Of a DNA stretch of 32,547 bases, positions 11,004 to 23,369 are shown piece by piece. Source of the stretch: Jimgerdemannia flammicorona (Eukaryota); contig RBNJ01000341.1 of the NCBI GenBank assembly GCA_003990765.1, positions 1 to 32,547 on the forward strand, written 5' to 3'. Within the stretch, counting starts at the first letter, position 1; each line of letters begins with the position of its first letter. The notes under the pieces are model-generated. The model searched no databases, was not told the origin of the DNA, and saw nothing but the letters and a program-made list of their open reading frames with translations. Both the position numbers and the translations under genes were made by a program.

Positions 11004-14000
11004 AAACAAGGCCCCAGCCCAACCTACCACAAATAAAGAAGAACAATTCTACAAGAAAATTGAAGATGGATATATACTTAGTGGCTGATGCCCCCAGGTA
11101 TTGGAATGTACTCTTCTTGAATGATCAATGATTGCTTCTCTTATATCAATAAATTGGCTCAAAGAAGAACTAATAGAAGGAAAGCTCTTACAACTGAAAT
11201 CACCACCATTGAATTAGACAAACTACTTACACTTCAAGTCTTTGTCAACTGAGCATCTGTCAAGATTATGATAGACAGCAGTACCTCAGACAACTTCATC
11301 AATGAAGAAACAGCCAACAGACTCAAGGTCTTCACCTCCCCAATACAACAAACTCAAGCAGTTGCTATAGCTAATAGAACCTCACATATTATTAGCAAGG
11401 AAGTCCACAATCTGCCCTTCTGAATTGGTGACTATCAAGTACATGTTACTCTCCAAATTATACCACTTCCTGATAATGAGATTATTCTTGGAACCCTATG
11501 GTTGAAACAAGAGAACCCTATAATTGATTGGGTGAACTATTCTCTGGCCATCAAGAAAGGATGCCACAACTTCAAACTGTAAGGTAAAAAGAAACCACTC
11601 AACTCTAGTGACTCTGGACCAAAGATCACTCATATCAACAAGCTACAACTCAAGAAATTAGTCAAGAAATGCCCTCTCTTTGCCATCTCCATCTGCTCAT
11701 CCAAAGGAGAACCTGAGAACTCTGAAGAAGACTTTTCCAAAGTTGACAGCCATGTCAGACCACTACTCTAGAAATTCCAAGATATATTTCCAAAGAAGCT
11801 TCCAAAAGGTCTATCTCTTAAACAAGTAGTAGACCATGCCATCAAGACTATTTCAGATGCCAAGCCAGCCTTTAAGTCAATCTATCACATGTCTCCAAGA
11901 GAAATCAATATACTCAAGAAAGAAATTGACAAACTCCTAGAATAAGAATTCATCAGACTCAGTATATCACCTTATGGTGCATTAGTCTGCTTTATTGTCA
12001 AGAAAGGAGGAGACTTATAAATGTGTATTAATTACTAAGACCTCAATGAACAAACTATCAAGAACTGTTGCCCACTACCTAGAATCGATGAAATATTTGA
12101 TAGGCTTATCAACCCACAATTCATAAGCTCTTTTGACCTATAAAATGGTTACTGGCAAATTGCTATAAAAGAAGAAGATATCTACAAGACAGTCTTCTGA
12201 ACTTGCTATAGACATTTTGAATTCCTGGTTATACCCTTTGGCTTAACTAATACTCCTGCAACCTTCTAGACTCTAATGAATACTATCCTACACCCATATC
12301 TGGACAAATTTATTGTTGTCTATATTGACAACATCCTAGTCTTCAGCAAAACTCTGGAGAAACATCTTGAACACCTCAAACTAGTACTACTGAAACTCCA
12401 AGAAAACTAACTCTTTGCAAAACTCAGCAAGTATGAATTTCTTCTGAAGGAAATTCAATTCCTTGGACACATTATTATACCAAATGGAATCAAAGTGGAC
12501 TCTAGCAAAATCTCCACAATTAAGGATTGGCCCAGACCCAAGAAGCTGAAAGACCTCCAGTCATTTCTGGGATTAGCAAACTATTACAGATAATTTGTTG
12601 CCAACTTTATCAAAATTGCCACTACTCTCACCCAAATGACCAAGCATAGCAAGAAAGAAGAATAGTCCTGGACTACAAAACAAGAGAAAGACTTCAACAA
12701 TCTTGTAAATTGGGGACCTGAGTAAGATACTGCCTTTTAAGCACTAAAGAATACCTTGATAACCACTCCAGTACTTCAAGTGGCAAACCCTGCCCTACTA
12801 TATAAAGTTACTACTGATGCCTCTGACTTAGCCCTTGGAGCAGTGCTCATACAAGAAGGATACCCTGTGGCCTATCATTCCTGCAAGTTCAATAATGCTG
12901 AAATCAATATGCAATCCATGAGAAGGAAATACTAGCTATTGTAGACACTCTGATAAAATAGCAACCATACTTAGAAGGAGTACACTTCATGGTATTGACT
13001 GACTACAAGTCATTAGTCAACATCAAGACCCAGGCTACTCTTTCCTGAAAGTAAGCCAGATAGATAAAAGTCCTTACCAACTTCGACTATGAAATCCAGT
13101 ATTGCCCTAATAAGAAAAACATTGTTGCTGATGCAATCTCCAGATCACCTATTGAAGAAGTTATCCAAACTCTCACCTTGGTTACCAACACTATCATAGA
13201 ACAAATTATTATAGCATATGTTGATGATAAGAAAGCTCAAGCATTCCAAGAAATCCTGAGCAGTGACAATGCTAACAAGCATATCTGGTACAACCAATAC
13301 CAACTGAAGGACAATACTATCTACTACAAGAACAGATTGTATGTTTCAAATAACCAAGACCTCTGAAAGACTATCCTATTTGAATGTCATGATGCCCCTA
13401 CAGCTGGACATTTAGGATTTGACAAATGCTATGAAGTTATCTCTCAAAACTTCTATTGGCCCCACATGGCAGATCAGCTAAAGACCTACATCACTTCCTG
13501 TAATACCTGCCAACAGAACAAGTCCTCAACATTAGCAAAACCTAACTTACTCCACCCTATCCCAGTACCATCCACTAATTGAAAACAAATCTCTATGGAC
13601 TTCATTATACAACTACCCCGAACCAAGAACAGGAAAGATACAATTGTTGTCTTCATGGACTATCTCAGCAAACAAGCCTACTTTGTACCAACTACCACTA
13701 CCGCAACAGCACCAGACGTAGCTATACTCTTGTTTGACAATATATTCTGCTATCATGGTCTTCCTAAGATCATTATTAGTGATTGAGATCCAAAATTCAC
13801 CAGCTATTTTTGGAAAGCCCTCCATGTATACCTTGGAACAAAACTTGTACTATCTACAGCATTTTACTCTGAAACTGATGGCCAAACTGAAAGAATAAAC
13901 TGAACTCTGGAACAAATGCTAAGGAACTATGTTTCCTACAGACAAGATGATTGGTATGAACACCTCACTACAGTTGAGTTTACCTATAACAACAGCAAGC

Positions 14001-15009
14001 AAGCCTCTCTTGGAATGACTCCATTCTTCACCAATACTGGACAAAATCCAAATACCCCTTTGACACTTATCCAAACTACTGACAAACTCTCCACAGTTGA
14101 AGCTGTTGAAGAATTCCTGCTCTGAATGTACAATCTAAGCCAGATTGCCATTGAGAATTTATCATGAGCTCAAGAACAACAGTTATAGTATGTTAACCAA
14201 CACTGCTGAGAAGAAACTTTTGACATTGGAGAAAAAGTTCTACTAGACATCCAAGGATATTGAGTTGATAACCTCAAGCACAGACTATCTACAAAGCTGA
14301 ACAGTAAGTTTATTGGACTATTTGAAGTTATTTCACAAGTCTTTAATATCTAACATCTCAAGCAATATAATGAAAATGATGACAAGCTATTCCAAAACTG
14401 GACAACTGAACCACCTACACCTGTCACTATTAATGACCAAGAAGAATATGAAGTTGAACAAATTCTCAACAAACATGGCAATAAGAACCACCCTGAGTAC
14501 CTTATCAAATAGAAAGGTTACCCAATCCATGATGCAATATGGGAACCCAAGACCAATCTCCAGAATGTCAGGAATATGATTCCTTGAACAACTAAAAAAG
14601 AATATCTAACACCTATCAGTATATACTATATATTACCCTCCCAAACATTATAATTATTACAAACAAAATTAAGAACTCAGCAAGTCAAGACAAAAGAATA
14701 CCAACTCTCTAGAAAAACAGCAAAACTGAAAGCAAGCCTATTCTCCCCATATCACTGGTGGGAAATGAGATGTAGATATTTAAGAAGATTCCTTAGAGGA
14801 AATTCTCCAGCAGTAAATAATGTCAGAATTACTTCCAGTGCACAGCATCGAACACACAACTCTTTAACATATGAATCCAATATATTAGGTAACCATACTA
14901 TAAGCATGTCACTTTTTGAGAAAAATGGACTTTACCAGACTTTTGACCTCCCAAATTGTGTAACAATATTAGAACAAATTAGAAGGCCCTGACAAGAATG
15001 TTAAAAGCT

Positions 15010-15022
15010 AAGAAGGGGAGAG
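15010..15022 (+). other. Polypurine tract
   Basis: AAGAAGGGGAGAG immediately before the 3' LTR. Confidence 0.85.
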
Positions 15023-15023
15023 T

Positions 15024-17102
15024 TATAAGTGCATAACTCCCAAGCTACTGAAATCACACATCACCCTCTGAACAAGTCACTGAAATCACATGCAACCTTT
15101 GAACAAATCTGGAAATCACCTGTAAGATTATGAAGCTGAGTCAAACCAAAGTTACAGTATATAAAGCTGAGTTAATATAAAGTCACAGAACATAAGATTT
15201 ACATAAACAGAATCTTACCAATCAAGACCAAATATATATATACCAAGTACCAAGACATGTCGAAACAGAGAACCAAAACAAACAACAACTACAACTTCTG
15301 AACATACACAAACATGACCACTGAGATCTATAACTGCATCCATACTAACATTTGGAATACCATTGTCAACCAAGCCACACCCCCTCTGCCCCTCATGAAT
15401 ATCCATAGTCTAGCACCCCTCTACTTTATGGAAGTCCAATGAAATACCCTGAACATACTTAGCAAAGCTTACCAAATCAGACAAATCTCAAGCTACTACC
15501 AAATCAGCCACCTCCTAGAAGACATGGTTGAATATTACTATAATACAGACATCACTCAGATGTCTCAACATTAGAAACTTATTATCTGCAAATATTGAGA
15601 ACTCTTCTATGAGTATAGTACCTTTATCTCCCACCTTCGAGTTATTATTACTGAAATGGTTGCTACCCTATCTTATGGTCAAATCGATGACATGATATAA
15701 AAACACAATCACAAGTACCTCAAGTATGTTCAGACTATAGACAGAACCTTTCTGCACTCCAATGACCATATCTTACAAATGCCTCAAGTTGGATATGCTA
15801 TGAAGGATATCTATAATATAATCTGGTTTGATGAAGACAAAGCAGAAGATAATAATCTCTCTGATGCCAACATGACCTCCAGCCAAGAATCTCTACCAAC
15901 TCTGATCACACCACCAACCTTGCTGATGAACTTGTAATAGTTCATAATCACTTACAAGACCTACTGGGACAATGACCACTGGCATGAATATTAACCCACA
16001 TTTACCCTCGATTACTTTAACTACAATGAAGAGACCAGAGAACACAACCTGTACCTCCAGACAACTCTTGAGATTGAACCAACCACTCCACCACCTGAGT
16101 ATGAGTGATATGAGCCATAGCTACCAGCTTACTACAACTCTGCAACTCATAGTACTATAACCTATAGAAGATACACAGACAGTAAATCTAATAAAAGTGA
16201 AGATGATGCACCCCTCCTTTATCCATCAATATGTATCTTATCCAGCATATGAGACAGATGATGCTATTCTGTGGGACAGTGATGAAGTTCCAATATATTA
16301 TTACCTCAGTGAACAAGGAGAAATAATCTGTAAGCTACTCTTCCTAGATGACTACTTCATCAAAGATGATGTCATTAATGGTGATATCATCAAAGACTAC
16401 CCAGATAGTGTCTAAACCTATAAATAGCTTAGCAGTCATAGTATAGTTAGATTAGCCTTATATGACATGACTGTAAACTGACTCAGTAGCCAGATGATCT
16501 CTTAACATATCAGATCACACTTGTACTATGTGACTACATTCTGACTTAGTAAGGCACTAAGTGCTACATCCATATCTAGCATAGTTCAGATAACCCCTTA
16601 CTAGTATAAATACCCCCTCCTCCAGACCTCAGAATCTCAGACTTGAACAGACTCGAATACACAAGAACAATCCTGAATACTTTCCTACAATATCTCTTTA
16701 CACAACTACTTCTAGTATAGTAATATTATAAATAGCGAATAAATCTATTTAATAACCCACAAACTACTCTTAAGTAAATCTACTCCCTGTTAGGTCTCAC
16801 TTCTAACTCCATCATGAAATTTCCTAATTGGGTATTATCTGCAAAAATATGTCAATTCAACTAAGCTGGTCTTAGTTTCTTGAACTTTCTGAAATATAGA
16901 AAATCCTGAATATTCAGAACTAGTCTGAAAAAGGACTTTGATTGAGATGTTAACTTAATCTTGAAATCAATAAGCATAGAGAATGTACTTTATATGAAAT
17001 TAATCTTGACCTTAAGAAAACAGTCTTCCAGAATATCCAGAACTTCCAGAAAATCCTTCCAGAACTATATAATAGTTACCCTAAAAAGTAAACCTTCTTA
17101 CA
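15024..17102 (+). repeat. 3' LTR of family-1 element
   Basis: TATAAGTGCA (decayed TG) ... CTTACA; colinear with the 5' LTR; followed by the TSD. Confidence 0.92.
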
Positions 17103-17227
17103 CTTATTGATTTTAAGATTAGATTAATATCTTAACTAAAGTTCTTTTTTGGACTTATTCTAGATATTCAGAATTTTCTATATTTTAGAAAGTTTAAAAA
17201 ACTAAGACCAGCTTAGTTAAATTGGCA
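17103..17227 (-). mobile_element. Old antisense family-1 LTR fragment (insertion target; other half at ~6494-6536)
   Basis: Matches 4239-4363 of the antisense solo LTR, while the sequence just before 6537 matches ~4200-4243. Confidence 0.8.
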
Positions 17228-17253
17228 TTACTAACTGAATATTTTAAGTACAG

Positions 17254-18784
17254 ATTTTGGCCATTATGACAGACAATGCCACAAATAACTCAATATTTTT
17301 CCAAGTTTTAGCAGTCAGTCTCAAATAGGAAAATGTGGCCTTTGGTGCAGAAAGCTGCCATGTATGATATCAGACCCATGTACTGAACCTTGCTATTCAG
17401 AACTATCTTATGCACATAGACAAAACATCTGAGAGAGGAGGGGCTCTGAGTATAATTTCCAAGCTATACAAACTAGTTATATCAGTCTGATTGTCTCTAT
17501 AATGATGAGACAAATTTGCTACATAGTATAGGGTAATTATTTTAGCCCCAAAAGAGCTTATATTGGATATCTGTATGTATTGAAACTTAACATTTGTAAT
17601 GATCTAGTATGTGCTGGAGTTTGCTGTGGTATGCATTCTTTTTTTCTTCAGTTGGCTGAAGCAACTTATTTTGGATGATTGAAGATTTATTTTTAAAAAA
17701 AAAAAAAACAAAAAAAGCTAATAGATTCAACAGTGGCTGCTGATAAAGAAATATGGGCCAAGGCTCTAGGTGAAAGTGAGTGAGACATACTTAGGAATAT
17801 TGTCAGAGTTTTGAAAGTAAGTGGTAATTGCTCTGGCTCCACACTCATTTTGTCTACCTCTACACTCATTTTGTCTGCCTCTGCATAATACAATACCTCA
17901 CCACATATAACTGTCAGTGTTTTGATGATTGTATGAAGGATATAGTCAAACAAATGACTCTGACAATAAGCTCTGCAATATCAGTATACAACCTTTTGAT
18001 TGACCAGCTAGAGGACAAGCTCAAGGATAGGCTGGAGAGTTGTAGTAATTTATAGTTAAGCCCAGATCAGAGAGATGCTGTTGAGGTTGCTCTAAGCAAG
18101 CTCAGAAAATACTACTCCCAAACAAATACTGTTATATACTCAATCAGTACAGATATGTTGATATTGGTATGTAGCTATTACCCCTTTAAAAATAGAGAAA
18201 CCCCTGCAAAAACTCACTCTCCTTTTCTTCAAATAGTGTTGGACCCATGCTTAAAGCTACAATACCATAAAGGTCAGAGCTAAGAGTAGTATTTTATTGA
18301 GAGAACCAAGTAAGCTATAATTGAAGTATACTGGAAATTCCAGCTGAAGTCCAGATGAATATGCTGAGAGATCTCTTCTGTTCCACATTTACTTCAGCAG
18401 ATAGAAGAAGAGGGAGTCATTAGTGGAAGAGCTGCTATCAATAGAAAAACTTATCATTTACCTTGCCAGTAACTGCATGATCCTACTGGAGGGCATGGAG
18501 GTACTCAACTGGTGGAAGGTAGGTTGTCAAGCAGACATTGGGCCAATTTAACCCATCAATCTAACTACTGCTCTACCTACTGGAGTATGTAGCTATATCA
18601 AATGGACTTCTCCAGCCTATATGATATGGCTCAGGACTACCTGGTAATTCCTACCTCCAGCACTCCTGTTGAGTGGGTGTTCTTAGGTAAGGTGGACCTC
18701 ATTGCTCCAAAGAGATATATACTGAATGCTGAGACAATCCAGGCATATATGTGTCTGAAGTCTTGGTGGGGCTTGGGCCACTAA
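17254..18784 (+). pseudogene. hAT-superfamily transposase, 5'-truncated, intron-containing, decayed
   Basis: ILAIMTDNATNN; HV*YQTHVLNLAIQ (decayed RCxAHxxNL); LILDICMY*NLT (decayed DVxTRWNST); SKLRKYY; VLDPCLKL; VLNWWK; dimerisation domain MAQDYLVIPTSSTPVEWVF...ETIQAYMCLKSW. Confidence 0.9.
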
Positions 18785-18939
18785 AATTTGACAGGTCCTG
18801 GGGATTTGCAGATAAGTTGATTGGCCTTGTGGAGTATTTAATACCTTTCAAAAATAATAAAAAGGGAAAAAAAACCTGAGGACTTAGCTCAGAATTTATA
18901 GCCCAAGTGGGGTAGTAGTTGGTGGAGTTGACAGCAGTA

Positions 18940-19565
18940 GTAGAGGGAGTGCACAATATTTACAGCTCTCTGCCAGCAGCAAGAGACAGTTCCAAGCTAT
19001 CAGTGCCTGGGTTGGTGGGTGGGTCAGTGGGTGGGCATGGGGTTAGCAGAGAGAGCATGCAAAATTTGCAACCCTCTATTGGTAGCAAGGAGCAGCCCTA
19101 AGCTGCAAGTGTCTGGATCAGAGGGGTTAGTGGAGGGGAGGGGTAGACAGAGGGGGGGGATAGGCAGAGAGAGTATGTAAAATTTGCAGTCCTTCACCAG
19201 CAGTAAGGGGCAGCCCCAAACTATTAGTGCTTGGGTCAGTGAGCAGGATTAGTTGGCAGAGTTGGTAAATGTAGGGTTGGTAGAGAGAGTGTGGCCCTCT
19301 GCTAGTAGCAAGGGATAACCCCAAGCTGTAAGTATTTGAGATAGACAGGGCAGGCAGAGAGAGTGTGCAAAATTTGCAGCCCTCTACCAGCAATATAAGG
19401 ACAGCTCTAAGCCACCAAGAAGTCCAGAGCAGAGGGTGCTTCTAGTGGTCAGAGGGTGCTTTTGGCAGTCAGAGAGTATTTCTAATAGTCAGAGGGTACT
19501 TCCAGCAGTCAAAGTCTATTACAGATCTGGGCCCCATCACTGGTTTGGGTCCCATGAGCACCCTG
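18940..19565 (+). repeat. hAT 3' subterminal repeats and candidate terminus
   Basis: GAGAGTGTGCAAAATTTGCAGCCCTCT-like motif at ~18944, 19049, 19167 and 19357; four 20-bp AGAGGGTGCTTCyrGyrGTC units at 19431-19510; ends GAGCACCCTG (reverse complement CAGGG, hAT-like). Confidence 0.55.
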
Positions 19566-19679
19566 GTTCTGTGCTGCAGCACTGCACTAGTAGTACTATA
19601 GAGCAGGGCCAAGGGGCCAGTAGAGCCCTGCATAATGGCTAAGCTAGTACTACAGAAGAGGTGCCTGGTCCAACCCTCT

Positions 19680-22221
19680 ATATAAGACTGCCCAACCTAT
19701 ACAAAATAACTATCTAACTCTCACAAAAGATTGCTTAATTCTCATGAAAGATTGTCTAACTCTTACAAAAACTGCTCCACCTGCCAATCTCAGGCCTTGA
19801 TGAGCCTATCATCTGTTATGAGTATGATAACTATTGTATCTGAGCTCTCCTCAAAGACAATAGTATCATGGTGGTTATGTGGTTAGAATAGGACAGCTGT
19901 GTTGGCCACAAACAGAATCCCAAAACTATAGGTAAGGTCATATCAGACTTCACTGCTATCCTCCCAAGTTGGGCCCTTCCTTTTCAGGATGTAAAACATT
20001 ACTGAGGTGACATTGTTATCTGTGTGTGTGGGTAGAGAAACATTATGCCTGATATATCCTAATGTAATATGAGTGTACAGTTGGGTGAACCCTTGGCTCA
20101 GGACCTCATACTACCAGACTATGCTAATAGATACCTACCCTTGGTTCAGCCCTAGGAGCCCCAGCTTAGAAACCTGTCAAAATGGATAGCAACTGGTTAG
20201 TCCTTTTTACATGTGGGGGGGCAGAAACCCCTCAGGCTACAGAAACCCTCTGGGCTGTAGTACCCAAAAAAGCAGACCTCCTCACCTCATATGGTATGCT
20301 AAATTGTACCAAGAATGTATATATAGCTGCACTGAGATCACTACTAAGCTGGTCTACTGTACATTCTACCAATCTGCTCAAAGAACCCCAGATCATAGCT
20401 GCCATCACTGCATAGGCCATGTTGTGCTCATGTACAGTTTGCTCTTTGACAGTACTTCTAAAGTTTCAGTAGGGGTACAGAATCTTGTGTATCTCTAGAA
20501 TTGTATCAAAAAGAGTATATTAGCAAAGAATGTGATTTATCTGAAGAGGAGTAAAAAAAAAAGAGAGACAAGTGCAGAGGATTTCAGAACTCTAGAACCC
20601 ACCCTTCACTAGTATTGCAGTATACCCAATTCCTGTCCAAACCCCCCCTTCTTGCTTTTTTTGCCCCCTCTTTCCTGCCACCCAGTATTTGATACAATCC
20701 TCACAAATCTCATTAATGTGGTGGCAAAGCTTGTCACTGTAGAGGTTCTTTACCACCATTGCAACCACCTCTCCATATTTTTTAATAATGATATAGTTCT
20801 CTTCATCATTGGTTACTCCTGCTGGCCAATAGACCCCTTGGTCAAGAATGATTGGCTCTGATTCAAATATAGACTCCCAAGCCTTGATAATAATGCTGAT
20901 ACTACTTATGCTGAACATCTTGCCCTTAAATTTCTCTATTTGATCAGATGCTGGATGTAGTTGAACTCAGGTAACTTTGAACTCTCCTTTCCAATAGAAC
21001 TGAGCCCTAATCTGAGGGACCAAGATAAGTATTTGGACAGGTTACATGTGGACAGATTGTATGCAGATGAATTGTATATAGACAGATTACATGCAGATGG
21101 ATTGCATGCAGATGGATTGTATGTGGGTGAGTTGTATGTGGATGAGTTGTATGTAGGTGTAGGTATTTTTTAGGGGGAGACTACATAAAAAATGAAATTA
21201 AATAAAACATAGAGATAGGTATTTCAGAAAAAGAGTATGAGTGAGTGAGTGAGTGAGCTGCATACTGGTGAGTTACATACCAATGAGTTACATGAGTTGC
21301 ATAAGATTGCTCATGAAGGCTTACTTCTGTTCCTTTTGAGACCTCCACCATATGATACATTGACTCAACAGCTCAGTCACCAAAGGCATACTCTGCAATA
21401 TCTGCCAGCCTTTCTTCATCTTGACCAGATGTTGTGAATAAAGTCAGCAGATCTTGCTGTAGAGCTGTGGACCCTAAGAAAAGTACAAGGTAAATTGGGT
21501 TGTACTGGGGAAATTTAAATAAACACAAGTAAATAAATGGTGGCCAAGTGAGCAACCTACATCTACTATCAGCTGCTCCAAAAAGGCTGCTGTGTACATA
21601 GCTGTGAGATCTGTGAATTCTGAGATCTGATGGATCACCATGAGTTGTTGCTGGAATTCTCTCTCATCCCTGCTATCAACTACCATTACTACTGCTATTG
21701 CCACTGCTATCATCATCACCATCACTACTGCCATTGCCACCACTATCACTCCTTTGACTCTTGATGAGCAGCTTGTGTGCTGCCCATATAAGAAAGAATC
21801 TAACATTGTCAGCAGAGAGTGTGTTTCCACCTTGAATACTCCCTCTTTTGATGATCATTGCAGGGTGAAAAATGAGTAGACTGGACTAATATATGAATTA
21901 AGGACTGCTGTTTTATTTACTTATGATGCAGTAGGAAAGAACAAAGAAAAGAACAAAAGAAGAGAGAGAACAAAAGAAAAGAGTGATGTCACTAAAGTGT
22001 GATAGGAAAAAAAAAAACAAGAGCAAAATGAACAAAAGAAAGGGTGATGTTATTATCAAAGATTTCAATCCAGATGAATCAATCCAGATGGATCAATCTG
22101 GATGGATCAATCTGAATCAATCTGAATCAATCTGGATCAGATTATGAGACTAATCTAAGTTGATTCAAATTCATCACATAATGAATCTTATCTGGATTAA
22201 CTCCATCTATTTGGAGCACTA
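19680..22221 (-). mobile_element. Old, CpG-decayed copy of a cargo-carrying DNA transposon (one terminus at 22221; other end not located)
   Basis: ~21030-22221 is the reverse complement of 31312-32547. Homology stops exactly at GGAGCACTA, and the flank is an unrelated LTR fragment. Decayed ATCCGG subterminal repeats at 22060-22200. Confidence 0.8.
19763..21924 (-). pseudogene. Multi-exon transposon cargo gene, putative TET/JBP-like 2OG-Fe(II) dioxygenase; reliable exons 21011-20603, 20494-20286, 20173-19763; 5' exons ~21924-21561 and ~21473-21320 less certain
   Basis: Phase-consistent GT-AG introns with CTAA branch sites. Last exon reads LYTHITLGYIRHNVSLPTHTDNNVTSVMFYI...WEDSSEV*Y...GILFVANTAVLF*PHNHHDT...TIVIILIT, i.e. 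HxD (20018-20026) and a distal His ~50 aa later (19868-19873). Confidence 0.6.
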
Positions 22222-23160
22222 AGTATAAGTGTAAACTGATATATCAAGAGATTATCTGGCTACTGAGTCAGTATACAGTTATATAATATGAGACTAATCT
22301 AACTATACTAATAATTGCTAAGCTATCTATAGATTTAAATACTATTTGGGTAGTCTTTTGATGAGATCATTATTGATGATATCATCTTTGATTAAGTTTG
22401 AGCAGTTTTCTAACTTCTGATATCATCAGTTTCAAAGATATTATCACATCTGCCTCTTGTAAAATTAGAACTATTCTTAGTAAAGATGATTGTATAGGAA
22501 TAGTAGGTCTTAGTTCTCTTTTTTTTTTAGACTATTGGTATATTTGTGAGAACTAACCATTCTTGTCTAGGGTAAGAGCTCTCATTGTTATAGCTGGGGG
22601 TTTGAACCTCTTGAAAATGATATTTTCTATAATCTGAGGTAATTTCTAGTAGTAATATCTGTTATATAGATAGACTTAAGATTGGTTTCAACAATATCAG
22701 CTTTCTTGAGTTTCAGATAAAATATCTATTATTCTCCAATAGAGGTAATATAGATAGAGTGAATAGAGTTATTTAAATATATTTTACTTCTATTAGTAAT
22801 AAGATCTTATATAGTTATAGTGTATCTTAGTCTTAAGTATAAGTATGGTTTATGAATCTTTAATAAATGAGATAGGGTTCTTCTTATTTCAGTTTGAGTT
22901 TTGATACTTTAGTTTTCTTTTATAATAGTATAGTATATCAAGACTAGTTGTCTAATAAGTAGAGGTTCAAAGTCAGTTATATGATCATAGTATTTTTTTT
23001 AGCATTCTTATATCTTGGCAATAAATCCTCATACTTATTGGTATACTTTGTATAATCAGATAATCTCTTCAGTAACTCATTTTGTGATCTTATATATAGT
23101 TTTTAAATTTATTCTAAGAATGATATATAATTTCAGTAGTTTGAAGATTATATGCTTATA
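22222..23160 (-). mobile_element. Old antisense LTR fragment related to family 1
   Basis: 22222-22395 aligns by eye with 4676-4848 (TATCAAGAGAT..CTGAGTCAG..CTAATCTAACTATACTA..GGGTAGTC). The rest is diverged and the right boundary is approximate. Confidence 0.55.
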
Positions 23161-23164
23161 CATA

Positions 23165-23345
23165 TAATCTGAATCACTCAATCTGAATTACTTAATTCAA
23201 ACTACTCAATCCAAATCACTCAATCTAAATTACTCAATCTAAATAATCATTCAATCTGAATTACTTAATCTAAATTATTCAATTTGAATTATCTCATTCA
23301 AATCATCTAATCTGAATCCATTAATTCAAAATTTTCAATTCAAAT
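23165..23345. repeat. Decayed ~13-bp tandem repeat (ATCTGAATCACTCA-like)
   Basis: More than ten imperfect units; resembles fully deaminated ATCCGG-type subterminal repeats. Confidence 0.6.
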
Positions 23346-23369
23346 TCTCTATATAACTCATATACTAGA

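Larger units (their letters stand above)
8571..14580 (+). pseudogene. gag-pol polyprotein pseudogene, family 1
   Basis: Zn knuckle CFYC*KTGYMASTC (~10477-10520); protease MIDSSTSDNFI (~11268-11300); [30 protein letters not shown] (~12000-12350); RNase H VTTDASDLALGAVL (~12805); integrase [27 protein letters not shown]; chromodomain EYEVEQIL...YLIK*KGYP...WEP (14443-14560). Many stops. Confidence 0.93.
6537..17102 (+). mobile_element. Full-length decayed Ty3/Gypsy chromovirus LTR retrotransposon with dUTPase (family 1)
   Basis: Two ~2-kb LTRs, 5-bp TSD CTTAT (6532-6536 and 17103-17107), PBS, PPT, and domain order gag-CCHC-dUTPase-PR-RT-RH-IN-chromodomain. Confidence 0.95.

Noticed and set aside
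18940..19400. Spaced palindromic repeats (TGCAAAATTTGCA) resembling a CRISPR array
   Set aside because: Eukaryotic context, irregular spacing, similar spacers and no cas genes; consistent with transposon subterminal repeats.
20182..20498. Plus-strand ORFs suggesting a LINE or other gene
   Set aside because: No recognisable motifs; they are antisense to the phase-consistent minus-strand exons.
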